64,000 nucleotides of DNA from a virus. Taxonomy: Duplodnaviria > Caudoviricetes. The stretch lies in the IMG/VR virus record IMGVR_UViG_3300028887_000078. One strand, 5' to 3'. Of the stretch, positions 19,835 to 29,767 are shown in pieces (position 1 is the stretch's first letter; each line of letters starts with the position of its first letter). Made by a program: the position numbers and the translations under genes. Under the pieces are notes generated by a model. That model was not told the DNA's origin and did no database searches. It saw nothing but the letters and a program-made list of their open reading frames with translations.

Positions 19835-20701
19835 ATGAGTTACTATGTAGATTGCAATGACACCGAGGCGCAGGAATGTCTCGCGGAGTTCACAGACCGA
19901 ATAAACAAGAAGATGACACTGAACTGCCAAATACCCTTTTCGCTCCCGACGGCGGCGATTGCACAGGTTGTCGGCGAGGCGAAGAAATACTTCTACAACA
20001 AATACGACGACTCTATGGAGGAACTTTTCATTTCCTGCCCGTGGGAGGTGTTACAAGACCCGAAGTTCAAATTCGGTCTCACCAACAGGGAGGGTATGGA
20101 CGGCAACAAAATCCTGAAGTCGGAAACACAGAAGGACAGGGGCGTTTTGGTTATGCCCGACAACGTCTTTTCCGTTTTGCGTGTCTACCAACTCGGACGA
20201 TTCAGCGGAGAGGCGGGTTGGGGAAGTTCGACAAGACTCGACGGCGGAAATATGGACTTCGGAATCCAAAGGATGTTCGCGTCGAGTATGTACAACGACC
20301 GCCTGCCGCAAGCAGCGGACAACCTCACATATTGGACTTGCAACTGGTACTTTTTCGACCAAGCGCGGCAGATGTTGCAGGAAATGCACAGTTTCAAATA
20401 CAACCGTCTGACAAAGAAGTTCAGGTTCACAGGTGAGTTGCCGAAGTATCCCTGTGTATTCGACGTTCTGTGCACGATACCTGACTGCGACTTGTTCGAC
20501 GATGATTTGTTCTTCAGGTATTGCGTGGCAATCTGTATGAAGGATATGAGCAGAATTTTGGGTATGTTCCAATACAATCTGCCCGGAAACGTGACCATCA
20601 ACTATGATATGTACCAACAGTGGGGTTCGGAGGAATTGCAGGAAATAAAGGAGGAAATCGACCAGAACCGCCACAGCGTCGCCTATTTCTACACAACCTA
20701 A
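19835..20701 (+). CDS. T4 gp13-like neck protein
   Basis: MPDNVFSV, FKYNRLTKK, FFRYCVA, LPGNVTINY...ELQEIKEEI; late promoter. Confidence 0.8.
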   Translation: MSYYVDCNDTEAQECLAEFTDRINKKMTLNCQIPFSLPTAAIAQVVGEAKKYFYNKYDDSMEELFISCPWEVLQDPKFKFGLTNREGMDGNKILKSETQKDRGVLVMPDNVFSVLRVYQLGRFSGEAGWGSSTRLDGGNMDFGIQRMFASSMYNDRLPQAADNLTYWTCNWYFFDQARQMLQEMHSFKYNRLTKKFRFTGELPKYPCVFDVLCTIPDCDLFDDDLFFRYCVAICMKDMSRILGMFQYNLPGNVTINYDMYQQWGSEELQEIKEEIDQNRHSVAYFYTT

Positions 20702-20732
20702 AAAAACGTTTCATTTTTTGTTATATTCAAGT

Positions 20733-22493
20733 ATGGACAAAAAAGAAATAATAGACGAGGTTCTAACAAGGCGTATATGCAATGGGAAGTCGTTCGCCAA
20801 AATGTTTCCGAAGGAATATGGCGAGATGATGAAAATCGAATTTCCAAAGGATTTCAAGTTTTCACAGAAACTTTATCATTATCTGAATTGCGACGACAAC
20901 CTTGAACTTGGGTTGTGTCCGGAATGCGGAAGTCGCTGTGGATATATAAACCTGAAACGCGGGTACCATACCTATTGCTCTTCAAAATGTGCCACGTCTT
21001 CCAATGCGGTGCAGGAAAAGATGAAGGCGACCTGCCTTGAAAAGTACGGCGTTGAAAGTCCGACAAAAAACAATGATATTAGGGAACGTATAAAGAACAC
21101 CAACATTGAAAAATATGGTGTTGACAACCCTATGAAGTCCGATTTGGTGAAACATCGTGTGATACAAAACACGCTTGAAAAATATGGAGTGGAACACACA
21201 ACACAACTTGAATGTGTGAAAGAAAAGATAAAACAGGCAAACCTTGAGAAATACGGGTGTGAATGTGTGTTCGGGTCGGATGTGATAAAGGACAAGATAA
21301 AACAGACAAACCTTGAAAAATACGGCAGTGAATACATAGGCGGTTCGGAGGAAATTCGTAAAAAAATCGAAGAGCGCAACTTTGAGAAATACGGTGTTAA
21401 ATGCACACTTGAACTCGATTGCATCAAGGAAAAATCAAAGAAGACCAACCTTGAAAAATACGGTGTTGAGCATCCTGCACAATCGGAAGAGATACAAAGC
21501 AAGGCGAAACGGACGAACAATATGAAATATGGTGTCGATTTTCCATTGTCGTCAAAAGAAGTCCGTGAAAAAATAAGGAAAACAACACTTGACCGATATG
21601 GTGTAGAATGGGCGTGTATGCGAACGGAGGCGAGGAACTATTCCAACGACTCGAAACCGAACAGGGCGTTTGCCGAACTTTTGTCCGAACGGGGTGTCCA
21701 ATTCGACCGCGAGTTCCCGCTTGGCAAGTATTCCTATGATTTCAGAATCGGCGACACCCTTGTCGAAATCAATCCGACAATCACGCACAACTCGTTTTTA
21801 AGTGTTTTTGGGGATGCTCCGAAGTCAAACGACTACCATTGCCAAAAAAGTGAAACAGCCTCTAAAAACGGTTATAAATGCGTCCATATATGGGATTGGG
21901 ACGATGTTGGCAAAGTGGTCGCAATGTTTGTGGAAAAGACAACCCTGCACGCAAGGAAACTGAATGTGTGTGTTGTGGGCACAAACATTGCGGACGTATT
22001 TTTCAACGAGAACCACATACAGGGAACCTGCCGAGGGAAGTCGCTTTGTGTCGGTCTCTATGACAACGGCACGCTTGTTATGTGTATGGCGTTCGGCAAA
22101 CCGAGATACAACAGGAATTATGAATTTGAACTGTTGAGGTTGTGTACGAAACAGGGATATGCGGTTGTCGGCGGGGCGGAGCGTCTGTTCAAGTTTGCGC
22201 TTGACAGACTTGAATGTTCAAGTGTGATAAGTTATTGTGACTGTTCAAAGTTCAGCGGCGATGTCTATGAGCGACTTGGTTTCAAAAAAGTCCGCACTTC
22301 AAAACCGACGAAGCATTGGTTCAGGATGTCGGACAGGTGTCACGTCACCGACAACCTGTTGAGGCAGCGCGGGTTCGACCAACTGTTCAATGCAAATTAC
22401 GGAAAGGGGACGTCGAATGAGGAACTTATGCTTGAGAATGGATTTCTTCCAGTGTATGATTGCGGTCAGGACATTTGGTCTTATGAACGGTAG
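20733..22493 (+). CDS. Putative homing endonuclease-like protein (KYGVE repeats, PD-(D/E)XK-like and GNAT-like C-terminus)
   Basis: CPECG and YCSSKC; about 9 TNLEKYGVE repeats; YDF..LVEIN; HIWDWD; NHIQG, ELLRLC, VVGGAERL, YDCG. Confidence 0.75.
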   Translation: MDKKEIIDEVLTRRICNGKSFAKMFPKEYGEMMKIEFPKDFKFSQKLYHYLNCDDNLELGLCPECGSRCGYINLKRGYHTYCSSKCATSSNAVQEKMKATCLEKYGVESPTKNNDIRERIKNTNIEKYGVDNPMKSDLVKHRVIQNTLEKYGVEHTTQLECVKEKIKQANLEKYGCECVFGSDVIKDKIKQTNLEKYGSEYIGGSEEIRKKIEERNFEKYGVKCTLELDCIKEKSKKTNLEKYGVEHPAQSEEIQSKAKRTNNMKYGVDFPLSSKEVREKIRKTTLDRYGVEWACMRTEARNYSNDSKPNRAFAELLSERGVQFDREFPLGKYSYDFRIGDTLVEINPTITHNSFLSVFGDAPKSNDYHCQKSETASKNGYKCVHIWDWDDVGKVVAMFVEKTTLHARKLNVCVVGTNIADVFFNENHIQGTCRGKSLCVGLYDNGTLVMCMAFGKPRYNRNYEFELLRLCTKQGYAVVGGAERLFKFALDRLECSSVISYCDCSKFSGDVYERLGFKKVRTSKPTKHWFRMSDRCHVTDNLLRQRGFDQLFNANYGKGTSNEELMLENGFLPVYDCGQDIWSYER

Positions 22494-22496
22494 TGT

Positions 22497-22907
22497 TCAG
22501 TCCACCGTACACATAAGGTATATTTCAACACCACCGCTTTGCGATTGGGACGCCCGCAATCTCAAATTGTTGAAGTTGTAGGTCTCCAATGCGTTTTTGC
22601 AGTAGTTTTTAGTCCATTTGTCCGCATTGGACGATTTGCTGTCGTAGGACGCGAGTATCTTGACACGCACCTCGGCGGGCGTTGCACCTGTAATCTCGAA
22701 TGTGTGTATATTGAGTGGAAATTCGAGAACGACACCTGACGCGTAGTTGTATATTCTCATATTCGCAACGGAACCTTCGCCCAACATACCGACGATTTCG
22801 TCGCGGTTTCTTGCAAAGAAACCGTCGGTCGGTGCGCTTGCTTCAAACACCTTGTATATGGGTGCGCTTTCAAGTATGCCTTGTGACAGCGCCGAATCGG
22901 AAATCAT
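22497..22907 (-). CDS. MISD-type motif protein (MISDSA)
   Basis: ORF track; N-terminus resembles the MISDS group. Confidence 0.65.
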   Translation of the reverse strand: MISDSALSQGILESAPIYKVFEASAPTDGFFARNRDEIVGMLGEGSVANMRIYNYASGVVLEFPLNIHTFEITGATPAEVRVKILASYDSKSSNADKWTKNYCKNALETYNFNNLRLRASQSQSGGVEIYLMCTVD

Positions 22908-22912
22908 AGTCG

Positions 22913-23422
22913 TTATTTGCCGAAAACCTTTTCCGCCTCGCGGTTCATCTGCTTGTAGGTGAGGGAAATGGGACGCTTCGCACCGAACATAGACCCCATA
23001 CGCAGTCTGCCCTTCCCGTAGACGGGTCTTTTCATTTCGATTTGGTCTTTCGTCATATTGGACATAATCGTAAGTATCACCCTTGCCGACGCATAGTCCA
23101 TCGACACCTCCGTGTTGTAATACATCCTTGCGCGGCGGATAAAGTTGCTCACCTCCTCATAGAACGTCTTCGGTGTGGCGCACCAATGCGGCGACGTGCG
23201 TTCATATTCGTTGAGGTTCGAGATGATTTTCTCGTGTGCGGCGAACAGGAAGTGCATAATGGTCTCCCTCGACATTTTCCTTTCATAGGAGCGTCTTTCG
23301 TTCAATCTGATTACGTTTTCCACTTCCTTGAAGAACTCGTCCTCGTTGGACGAGTCGTTTTCGTACCAGCCTTTCGAGTAGAGCACGAGGTCAATCCATT
23401 CAAAGTCTTTTATCTTTTCCAT
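22913..23422 (-). CDS. Hypothetical protein
   Basis: ORF track, co-oriented block. Confidence 0.7.
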   Translation of the reverse strand: MEKIKDFEWIDLVLYSKGWYENDSSNEDEFFKEVENVIRLNERRSYERKMSRETIMHFLFAAHEKIISNLNEYERTSPHWCATPKTFYEEVSNFIRRARMYYNTEVSMDYASARVILTIMSNMTKDQIEMKRPVYGKGRLRMGSMFGAKRPISLTYKQMNREAEKVFGK

Positions 23423-23444
23423 ATCGTTGTCTCTTTTGTCGTTT

Positions 23445-23804
23445 TTATTGTATTTCTTTCATTGCATTTTCAACACAACCGTATTTTTCTTTGATTTCGT
23501 CACTGAACATATATGTCATTGTTGTGAAATCATCCACAATTTCGTCTAATTCCCAGATTTTGAGCAAGGCTTTGAAATACGGTATCATAAGTGTCATAAA
23601 CACTTTGTTGTACAAATAAACGCGTTTGGAGCCTTCGTCATAACCTCCGATGTGCATTGTGAAGGAAATGTCTTTGTTGAATCCAATCAGAACCGCCATT
23701 TCATTTTCGTTTTCTTTCTGACGGGTTCTCAACCTTTCCTCCAATTCGTACATAAATTCTTCTTTACGAGACCATCCATTCAACATTCTTTTATCTTTTT
23801 CCAT
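23445..23804 (-). CDS. Hypothetical protein
   Basis: ORF track. Confidence 0.65.
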   Translation of the reverse strand: MEKDKRMLNGWSRKEEFMYELEERLRTRQKENENEMAVLIGFNKDISFTMHIGGYDEGSKRVYLYNKVFMTLMIPYFKALLKIWELDEIVDDFTTMTYMFSDEIKEKYGCVENAMKEIQ

Positions 23805-23810
23805 ATTGTC

Positions 23811-24209
23811 TTATGATATTTTTTCAAGGTCTATGACCGCCTTTTTCATTTCTTCAAGCAGCATAAGCGTTGTGTACTTGTGCCCGCCAATCATAGTTCC
23901 GTAGGCGTCGCCTGCGTGTGCGTAGTCCCAACCAATCCAATGCCCGCTTCCAAGCGGGTTCGGGCACCCATTGCCCTGTATCACAGTTGAAAAGGTCAGC
24001 CCCCCGTGTACGCCAAGGTTGATGCTTTCGTAATCACAACCGTAGTATTTTTCGGTTTTGTTTATTTTCAGGTATATGCAGGGGTGTGTCCCGTATGACA
24101 GGATTTTGAACTCCCTGCCCCTGTATTTGCCTTGTGAAAGGATTTTGATTGTGTCTCTTTCCTCCTGATACTCCATTTCGGAAATCAGGGAGATATTGTC
24201 GCTGTCCAT
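23811..24209 (-). CDS. Conserved phage hypothetical protein
   Basis: HPCIY, VHGGLTF, WIGWDYAHAGD motif typical of small phage proteins. Confidence 0.75.
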   Translation of the reverse strand: MDSDNISLISEMEYQEERDTIKILSQGKYRGREFKILSYGTHPCIYLKINKTEKYYGCDYESINLGVHGGLTFSTVIQGNGCPNPLGSGHWIGWDYAHAGDAYGTMIGGHKYTTLMLLEEMKKAVIDLEKIS

Positions 24210-24211
24210 CG

Positions 24212-24409
24212 TCAGAATAGTTTTTGTTTTTCTTTCACAGTTATTTTGTCAGCGTCTATTTTTCGGACGCAGTTCGGTTTTATCTCCACGAACTTGATTT
24301 TCTCCGCAATGTGGGAGATGAGTTCCCTGTCGCAGGAATCGCCTGCGATGTATCTGCCGTCTTTTGTTTCGCACAGGACGGTCACTTTTTTGATGTCGCT
24401 AACTTTCAT
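24212..24409 (-). CDS. Hypothetical protein
   Basis: ORF track. Confidence 0.55.
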   Translation of the reverse strand: MKVSDIKKVTVLCETKDGRYIAGDSCDRELISHIAEKIKFVEIKPNCVRKIDADKITVKEKQKLF

Positions 24410-24905
24410 TGTTCAGGATTTTTCCTACACATTCGTTGAACTTGCACATATAGTCATACAGACCATATCGGATGAGATAGTTCCGTATTTCTTCAGTCTC
24501 GCTGGTTTCGAGTTTCAGTTGTTCCGCCGCATACATTCTCCCGCAGATTAGGAACGCCTTTCTGTGTATGTCGCTCAATGACAGGAGGTAGTTGAAGCAT
24601 TTTGAAACAACGTCCGCGTTGTAGCGGGTGATGTACTTCATATAGTTTTCAATGTGACTGATTGGTATGAGGTTCCATTTCAGACTGTCCATTGTGCAGC
24701 ATCTGTCTATGTCTTTTCTGTTGTCCACGCAGTTCTTCACGATTGCGACAACTGCGTCGTCGTCGAGGTCGAAGTGCATAGCGTGCTCACCGTCGTTCCA
24801 TAGTTGCCGCTCGAAGTCGGTTCCGAAGTGCATAGAAACCCGTTCGTTTTCCTGATAATACATAATGTCTTTTTTATTTTCCTGTTCAAGATTGGAGCGT
24901 TCCAT
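24399..24905 (-). CDS. Hypothetical protein
   Basis: ORF track. Confidence 0.65.
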   Translation of the reverse strand: MERSNLEQENKKDIMYYQENERVSMHFGTDFERQLWNDGEHAMHFDLDDDAVVAIVKNCVDNRKDIDRCCTMDSLKWNLIPISHIENYMKYITRYNADVVSKCFNYLLSLSDIHRKAFLICGRMYAAEQLKLETSETEEIRNYLIRYGLYDYMCKFNECVGKILNNES

Positions 24906-24917
24906 ATAAATGCGCGT

Positions 24918-25241
24918 TTAGAGCATTTCGAGTTCCTGCTGCTTTTGTCTGATTTCCTTCGCGAGTTTCTCCTTGTAGATGGTGCTCCATCTTTGGTGGA
25001 TTTCGTCGCACAGGGACTTTGTTTCCTCCTCTGTCAGTTCAGGTTCTCCGAATGTCGGATAGTCGTGCCAACAGATGAACCCTTTCTTGTTGAAGGCGGC
25101 GAAGAATCCGTACCCTTCGATTGTGAACTTGCAGTCGACATATCCTTCTACTGTACTGCGTTCGAGACTCGTGATTTCAAACTCCCTGTTTTTAAGTTTT
25201 TCCGCGATGATTTCGCGAAGTTTTTCGATAAGTTCTTTCAT
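24918..25241 (-). CDS. Hypothetical protein
   Basis: ORF track. Confidence 0.65.
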   Translation of the reverse strand: MKELIEKLREIIAEKLKNREFEITSLERSTVEGYVDCKFTIEGYGFFAAFNKKGFICWHDYPTFGEPELTEEETKSLCDEIHQRWSTIYKEKLAKEIRQKQQELEML

Positions 25242-25259
25242 AATATCTGTTTTTTTTTT

Positions 25260-25652
25260 TTAATTTTCTTTTATTTTTGCTTTCGTAACGGCATTCAGCA
25301 CCATCGCCTTTCCTGTCAGTCCGCCGACGCACGCCTTTTTCTCTTCCCGCTTGCCGCTTGGAATGTACACGATGTCGTGCGTCAGGTTGAAGTTGTCAGA
25401 ATATCCGCGCCCGTAGTTCGTCGTGATGACAATATCGGTAACACCCCCTTTGGTGAACAGGAAGTCTCTGTATGTGATGTGTCTCTGCGTCGTGTCGTTT
25501 TCATAGACATAGGTTATGTCCGTTTCGGTTTCCCACACCACGGTCTTGGTCTGTTCAAACAACAGAAACAACTGCACCGCGAGCGTAATCACGCCTATTA
25601 TAAGAATCGTTACTCCGATGGAGATTGTGCTGTTGATTTCTTTCGTGCTCAT
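25260..25652 (-). CDS. Membrane-anchored hypothetical protein
   Basis: N-terminal hydrophobic helix; promoter motif 25663. Confidence 0.7.
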   Translation of the reverse strand: MSTKEINSTISIGVTILIIGVITLAVQLFLLFEQTKTVVWETETDITYVYENDTTQRHITYRDFLFTKGGVTDIVITTNYGRGYSDNFNLTHDIVYIPSGKREEKKACVGGLTGKAMVLNAVTKAKIKEN

Positions 25653-25682
25653 AGTCCTTTTATTGAATATAATGTAAAATCA

Positions 25683-26162
25683 TCAAAGTTGGACATATTT
25701 TGAATATCTCCAATAACCCTGTTTCCCGTCCTTGCGTTCATCCTTTCGACAGGGGAGGCACGCTTCCCCGTTGGAGTTCAGTGCGCATCGGAGACATAGG
25801 TCTGAACCTGACAATGTGGGTTTTTCAATGAAGATGTAGTCGTTGACGCGTTCGACGCGCCAGTCGATTTCGATGTATTTCTCCTTTTTCCTTTTACCTA
25901 TTTTGGATTTCTTTTTTTCCAAGAGTTTCCGTTCCGCGTCTATGTGGTTTTTTTCAATGATTTCTCCAATGTTTTCGTCCTTGAGCAACCAAATGTATCC
26001 ACTGGCGGTTCGGTTCGCCTTCCACCAAATCGCATTTGAGATTGATGTTGCGTTTATGTTTGTTGCCCGTGCCGCTTCCGTGACGCTTTGGTATTCGGCG
26101 ATAAATTCACCTGTTGCTGAATACTGTCTTACGACAGTCGAGTTCTTTCGCAGTATTGCCAT
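25683..26162 (-). CDS. NUMOD1-domain DNA-binding protein
   Basis: VRQYSATGEFIAEYQSVTEAARA...ISNA...TASGYIW; promoter motif 26178. Confidence 0.75.
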   Translation of the reverse strand: MAILRKNSTVVRQYSATGEFIAEYQSVTEAARATNINATSISNAIWWKANRTASGYIWLLKDENIGEIIEKNHIDAERKLLEKKKSKIGKRKKEKYIEIDWRVERVNDYIFIEKPTLSGSDLCLRCALNSNGEACLPCRKDERKDGKQGYWRYSKYVQL

Positions 26163-26196
26163 TTTTCTTTCTTTTTGTTGAATATAATGGAATTTT

Positions 26197-26712
26197 TCAG
26201 AAATTTGGATTGTATGATATGTTCGTGCTGACGTTGATTTCCTCCACGGCGAGAATTTCATAACGGTTGTCGTCCTTTGACCGCATCACATTCTCCATAT
26301 AGTCCGCTATTGCTTTCCTGCCGTTACAATCCCGCAACTTTATCTCGACGGATTTGACGTGGATTGTCAGTGTGGTGTTCCGCGCGTCCCGTGTCAGAAC
26401 CACTCCCTGTTTAAGGTCGCCTGTCTTTTCGGTTATGCCGTTTGTGTCCATATCGGCAATCTTTCCGAAAATGCCGTCCTCCACCAATGCCTTTTCAAAT
26501 TCGGCAGACCTTGCGTTCCTGTTGAAATATATTGAGATTGTGTCGTCGAATGCGAGGTTTCCGTAGTACTTGTCGCTCGCACCTATGCAGCATTTCACAT
26601 TCATAACGAACTCGTACTTCCTGTACGATATTTCACCCTCGAATATGTTGAAACCGTTGCATTTTGGTTTCACCATAGAATGTTCCAACAATTCCGTTTC
26701 AGTCAGTCTCAT
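26197..26712 (-). CDS. MRISE-motif family protein (MRLTET)
   Basis: ATG 26712, 8 nt after promoter motif 26721. Confidence 0.8.
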   Translation of the reverse strand: MRLTETELLEHSMVKPKCNGFNIFEGEISYRKYEFVMNVKCCIGASDKYYGNLAFDDTISIYFNRNARSAEFEKALVEDGIFGKIADMDTNGITEKTGDLKQGVVLTRDARNTTLTIHVKSVEIKLRDCNGRKAIADYMENVMRSKDDNRYEILAVEEINVSTNISYNPNF

Positions 26713-26782
26713 AGTTTTTCTTGAATATAATGGAAACTGAAAAAGACCGAAAAACAACCCGTATAAATATATTGTCGGTATT

Positions 26783-26801
26783 GATATATCGGCGATATAT
26801 T
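26783..26801. promoter_or_regulatory. GATATATC-N3-GATATATC box
   Basis: GATATATC GGC GATATATT just downstream of late promoter 26762. Confidence 0.7.
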
Positions 26802-26840
26802 GTAGTTGAATTTAGTATTAACCCTTAAAACTCTAATTGG

Positions 26841-27977
26841 ATGCAAATTCAGAAAGTATGTGTAAGTGATGGTGACACATTGGAACAAAAAACCATCAAT
26901 GTCCCCGTTGAGAACGGCGAGAAAATCATTTCAACAGAACCATACATTTTAGACTGTATCAACAAGTACAGGGCAAGTTGGGGCGGAAGCACGCTTGAGG
27001 ACATCTCCGACTTTGAAAAGTCAGGAAGCAACCAGCTGCTTGAAAACGTGACCATCGAAAGGACTGACGACAAGTTCGTGATAGACCTCAACAAGAAGTA
27101 TGACTACCAAATGCCCGTTGAGAGCGAACCCGAAGAAGTAGTGTCGAGTTTCGATGTCGGTGTCAAGTACAAGATTCCCGTCGCCGCAAACACGAAAAAT
27201 GGCATCAACATTTCAATCAAGGACTCAATCAAACTTGCGGTCAAGAACGAATTGCGTGCCGCCGCAGTGACGCACAACACGTCCAATGCCTATTCAGCGC
27301 ATATAGACGAGTGTATCAACGGAGGTTACTATGTGACCATTCAGGGAGTGAAGTGCTTTATGCCTGGCAGCACGGCAAGTCTTTACAAACTGAAGGACTT
27401 CGAGAGCATTGTCGGAACCGATGTGATGGTCATACCCACTATGTACAATATGCAGCGGGACATCGTTGTCGTTTCGCACACCGCTTTCCTTGAGGCAATC
27501 AAACCGACCGTGCTTGACAGGGTTATGCAGGAAGAGAGGGACAATGAGTTCACAGGTGTTGTCACGATGCGCAAGCACGAATATTTGCTCATCACATTCA
27601 ACGAGTGTCTTGCAGGAAAACTGTCCTATGCCGATATGGACGACGAGACGAAGGAACTTTTCAACAGCAATATGATAGAGGTTGAAAAGACCGAACTCAA
27701 GTTCAAAATCGACTATGAGCAGAACGGTCAGTTGCTTCTCACACAGACGTTCAGGACGCGCAAGATATGGGACGAGAAGGTTGACGAGGAGTTCAAACCG
27801 AAATCGGTTATGGACGGCGTGGTTGTCGGGAACTCGAAGAAGTTCACCCTCGTGCAGTTGAAGTACGGCATCATCGGAACGCTCCCGTACAATGAAAGCG
27901 CAACGAACGGCGAACATCTGAAAGTCAAGATTGTGAGCGTGGACAAGGAATCAAGAAAAATAAAACTTGCACTATGA
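26841..27977 (+). CDS. Ribosomal protein S1-like multi-OB-fold protein
   Basis: GGYYVTIQGVKCFMPGS, IVVVSH, FTGVVT, VKIVSVDKESRKIKL. Confidence 0.8.
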   Translation: MQIQKVCVSDGDTLEQKTINVPVENGEKIISTEPYILDCINKYRASWGGSTLEDISDFEKSGSNQLLENVTIERTDDKFVIDLNKKYDYQMPVESEPEEVVSSFDVGVKYKIPVAANTKNGINISIKDSIKLAVKNELRAAAVTHNTSNAYSAHIDECINGGYYVTIQGVKCFMPGSTASLYKLKDFESIVGTDVMVIPTMYNMQRDIVVVSHTAFLEAIKPTVLDRVMQEERDNEFTGVVTMRKHEYLLITFNECLAGKLSYADMDDETKELFNSNMIEVEKTELKFKIDYEQNGQLLLTQTFRTRKIWDEKVDEEFKPKSVMDGVVVGNSKKFTLVQLKYGIIGTLPYNESATNGEHLKVKIVSVDKESRKIKLAL

Positions 27978-28186
27978 TAACAGAAAACAAACCGACAATC
28001 ACGAATGTGGTGTACTCCTCCATAACGAAGGACTTGATTGTAACCTATTCGGATGGCAACATAACCAAGTACCTGAATGTTCCGCAGGATGTGTACGAAA
28101 GCATCATCAACAGCGGAAAGGTCGTTTCGGACTACCTGAAGGAGAACCTTGACGCGAACTACAGGAAATTACAAAGCGTTCTGTGA
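27974..28186 (+). CDS. KTSC-domain protein
   Basis: ITNVVY...LIVTYSDG..KYLNVPQDVY...YLKENL. Confidence 0.75.
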   Translation: MITENKPTITNVVYSSITKDLIVTYSDGNITKYLNVPQDVYESIINSGKVVSDYLKENLDANYRKLQSVL

Positions 28187-28238
28187 AAGATTCAGCATTT
28201 CAAGGTTGAATATGAAATGAAACAATTATAAATAAAAT

Positions 28239-28367
28239 GTAGGTGTGGGACGCACCGAATTTAAGCGTGTGGAGATGCGGGAAATAATTTTGAACGCTAT
28301 AAAGCATCCAAAACAATCAGCATCGTTGAATCACGAAGATTCCACCTTTAGGGTGGAAACAGTTCAC
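28239..28367 (+). mobile_element. IS200/IS605-type tnpB 3' remnant: omega-RNA scaffold and right end
   Basis: Encodes VGVGRTEFKRVE (TnpB-tail-like); CGTGTGGAG...TGAATCACGAA; subterminal hairpin TTCCACC-TTTAG-GGTGGAA; ends AGTTCAC. Confidence 0.7.
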
Positions 28368-28397
28368 AAAGTGTTTAACATAAAAAAATAAAATACT

Positions 28398-29504
28398 ATG
28401 TCAGCAAAAGACGATACAACAAAACAGTATGAGGAAGACCTCATCAAAGAATTTTCCGAAAGAAACGAAACCTCAAACGAAGTGCCTATGGAACTCGGCG
28501 CGGGCAATGTGTACGGCAGACCCGACGAACACGAACCTGTGCGAGACCTCGGCAAGGTGAAGAACCCAGGAAACCGCCCGAATTTTATGACAAGGGATGA
28601 GTTGGACAACGACCCTGAAGTGCAGCGTATGAACTCGCTTCTGAACTATGTTCGGGTTCCGATTGAGAACTTCCCGTCGGAAGGTCGTTTCTACGCGGAC
28701 GACATAAGCGTGCACATCCGCGCCTGCCGTGTGGGTGAAATCCGCGAATACTCAATGATGGACGAAAGCAATCCGAACGACATCATCGACAAGATGAACT
28801 ATATGCTTGCAAACTGCACGAAGGTTTCCTTCGGAGGTATGCCCGGCAGTTACAAGGACTTGCTTGAGCACGACCGTTTCTATCTCATCAAGAGGATTCA
28901 GGAACTCACGTTCAAGAACGGAGAGACCGTCATCAACATCCCTGTTCCTGACGGTGCGTGCAAGACACCGGGTTGCAAACCGCAGACGGAGGTGAAACTG
29001 ACGAGCGATATGCTCGAAAGACCCGAACCTGACCCGCAGTTGGAGAAATACTACGACCCCGAAAACAAGTGCTATTCAATCAAGACGAAGCACTACGGCA
29101 CAATCCAAATCGCCCCGCCGACCATCGGTGTGACAAGCATTGTGAGGGATTGGGCAATCGAAAGGACGCAGAACCAAAAGCATTGGGACCAAGCGCTCGT
29201 GCAAATCATCCCGTTCTTCCGTCGTGATTGGCGCCAGTTCAAGGAGAAGGACGTGTTCAACCTCGCAACCGAGTTCGAGAATTGGGACGCCACGAAGTTC
29301 ACCCTCATCTACAGAATGATTGAAAAAATAAATGCGACAGTCGGAATGTCCCCGAACATCCACGTCCGTTGCGAGTCTTGCGGAGGGGATATGGAAATCC
29401 CCGTGATGTTTCAGACCACAAGTGACGATGGACAGGAAGTACGAGGAGGATTCAAATCGCTATTTGTTCCGCCTATTTCAAATCAACTTGACGAACTTCT
29501 TTAG
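28398..29504 (+). CDS. T4 gp26-like baseplate hub/tail assembly protein
   Basis: FPSEGRFY, IRACRVGE, DRFYLIKRIQ, CESCG, GGFKSLF. Confidence 0.7.
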   Translation: MSAKDDTTKQYEEDLIKEFSERNETSNEVPMELGAGNVYGRPDEHEPVRDLGKVKNPGNRPNFMTRDELDNDPEVQRMNSLLNYVRVPIENFPSEGRFYADDISVHIRACRVGEIREYSMMDESNPNDIIDKMNYMLANCTKVSFGGMPGSYKDLLEHDRFYLIKRIQELTFKNGETVINIPVPDGACKTPGCKPQTEVKLTSDMLERPEPDPQLEKYYDPENKCYSIKTKHYGTIQIAPPTIGVTSIVRDWAIERTQNQKHWDQALVQIIPFFRRDWRQFKEKDVFNLATEFENWDATKFTLIYRMIEKINATVGMSPNIHVRCESCGGDMEIPVMFQTTSDDGQEVRGGFKSLFVPPISNQLDELL

Positions 29505-29751
29505 GACAAGGGTTCTGCTGATGGAGAATTGGCACATCCAACCTTCGGAAATCGACGCGATGCAGTATTGGGAGTACGAAATCTCCCTCGAAGAGTACGA
29601 AAAGATTCTGAAGGAAAGAAAGGAGGAGCAGGACAAGGAACAGGAGGGTATGAATATGAACCCGCAGAAGATGGGAAGCGATATGATGAAACAGGCGCAG
29701 AGCAACTTCAAGATGCCGAGTATGCCGAACATCAGTATGCCGCACATCTAA
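29464..29751 (+). CDS. T4 gp51-like baseplate assembly protein (start uncertain)
   Basis: LTNFFRTRVLLMENWHIQPSEIDAMQYWEYEI; overlaps the gp26-like 3' end. Confidence 0.65.
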   Translation: MFRLFQINLTNFFRTRVLLMENWHIQPSEIDAMQYWEYEISLEEYEKILKERKEEQDKEQEGMNMNPQKMGSDMMKQAQSNFKMPSMPNISMPHI

Positions 29752-29767
29752 TCCACCTGCAAAAAAG

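Noticed and set aside
27974-28186. MITEN start as a member of the tag family
   Set aside because: KTSC protein in a late operon; the match is short and probably coincidental.
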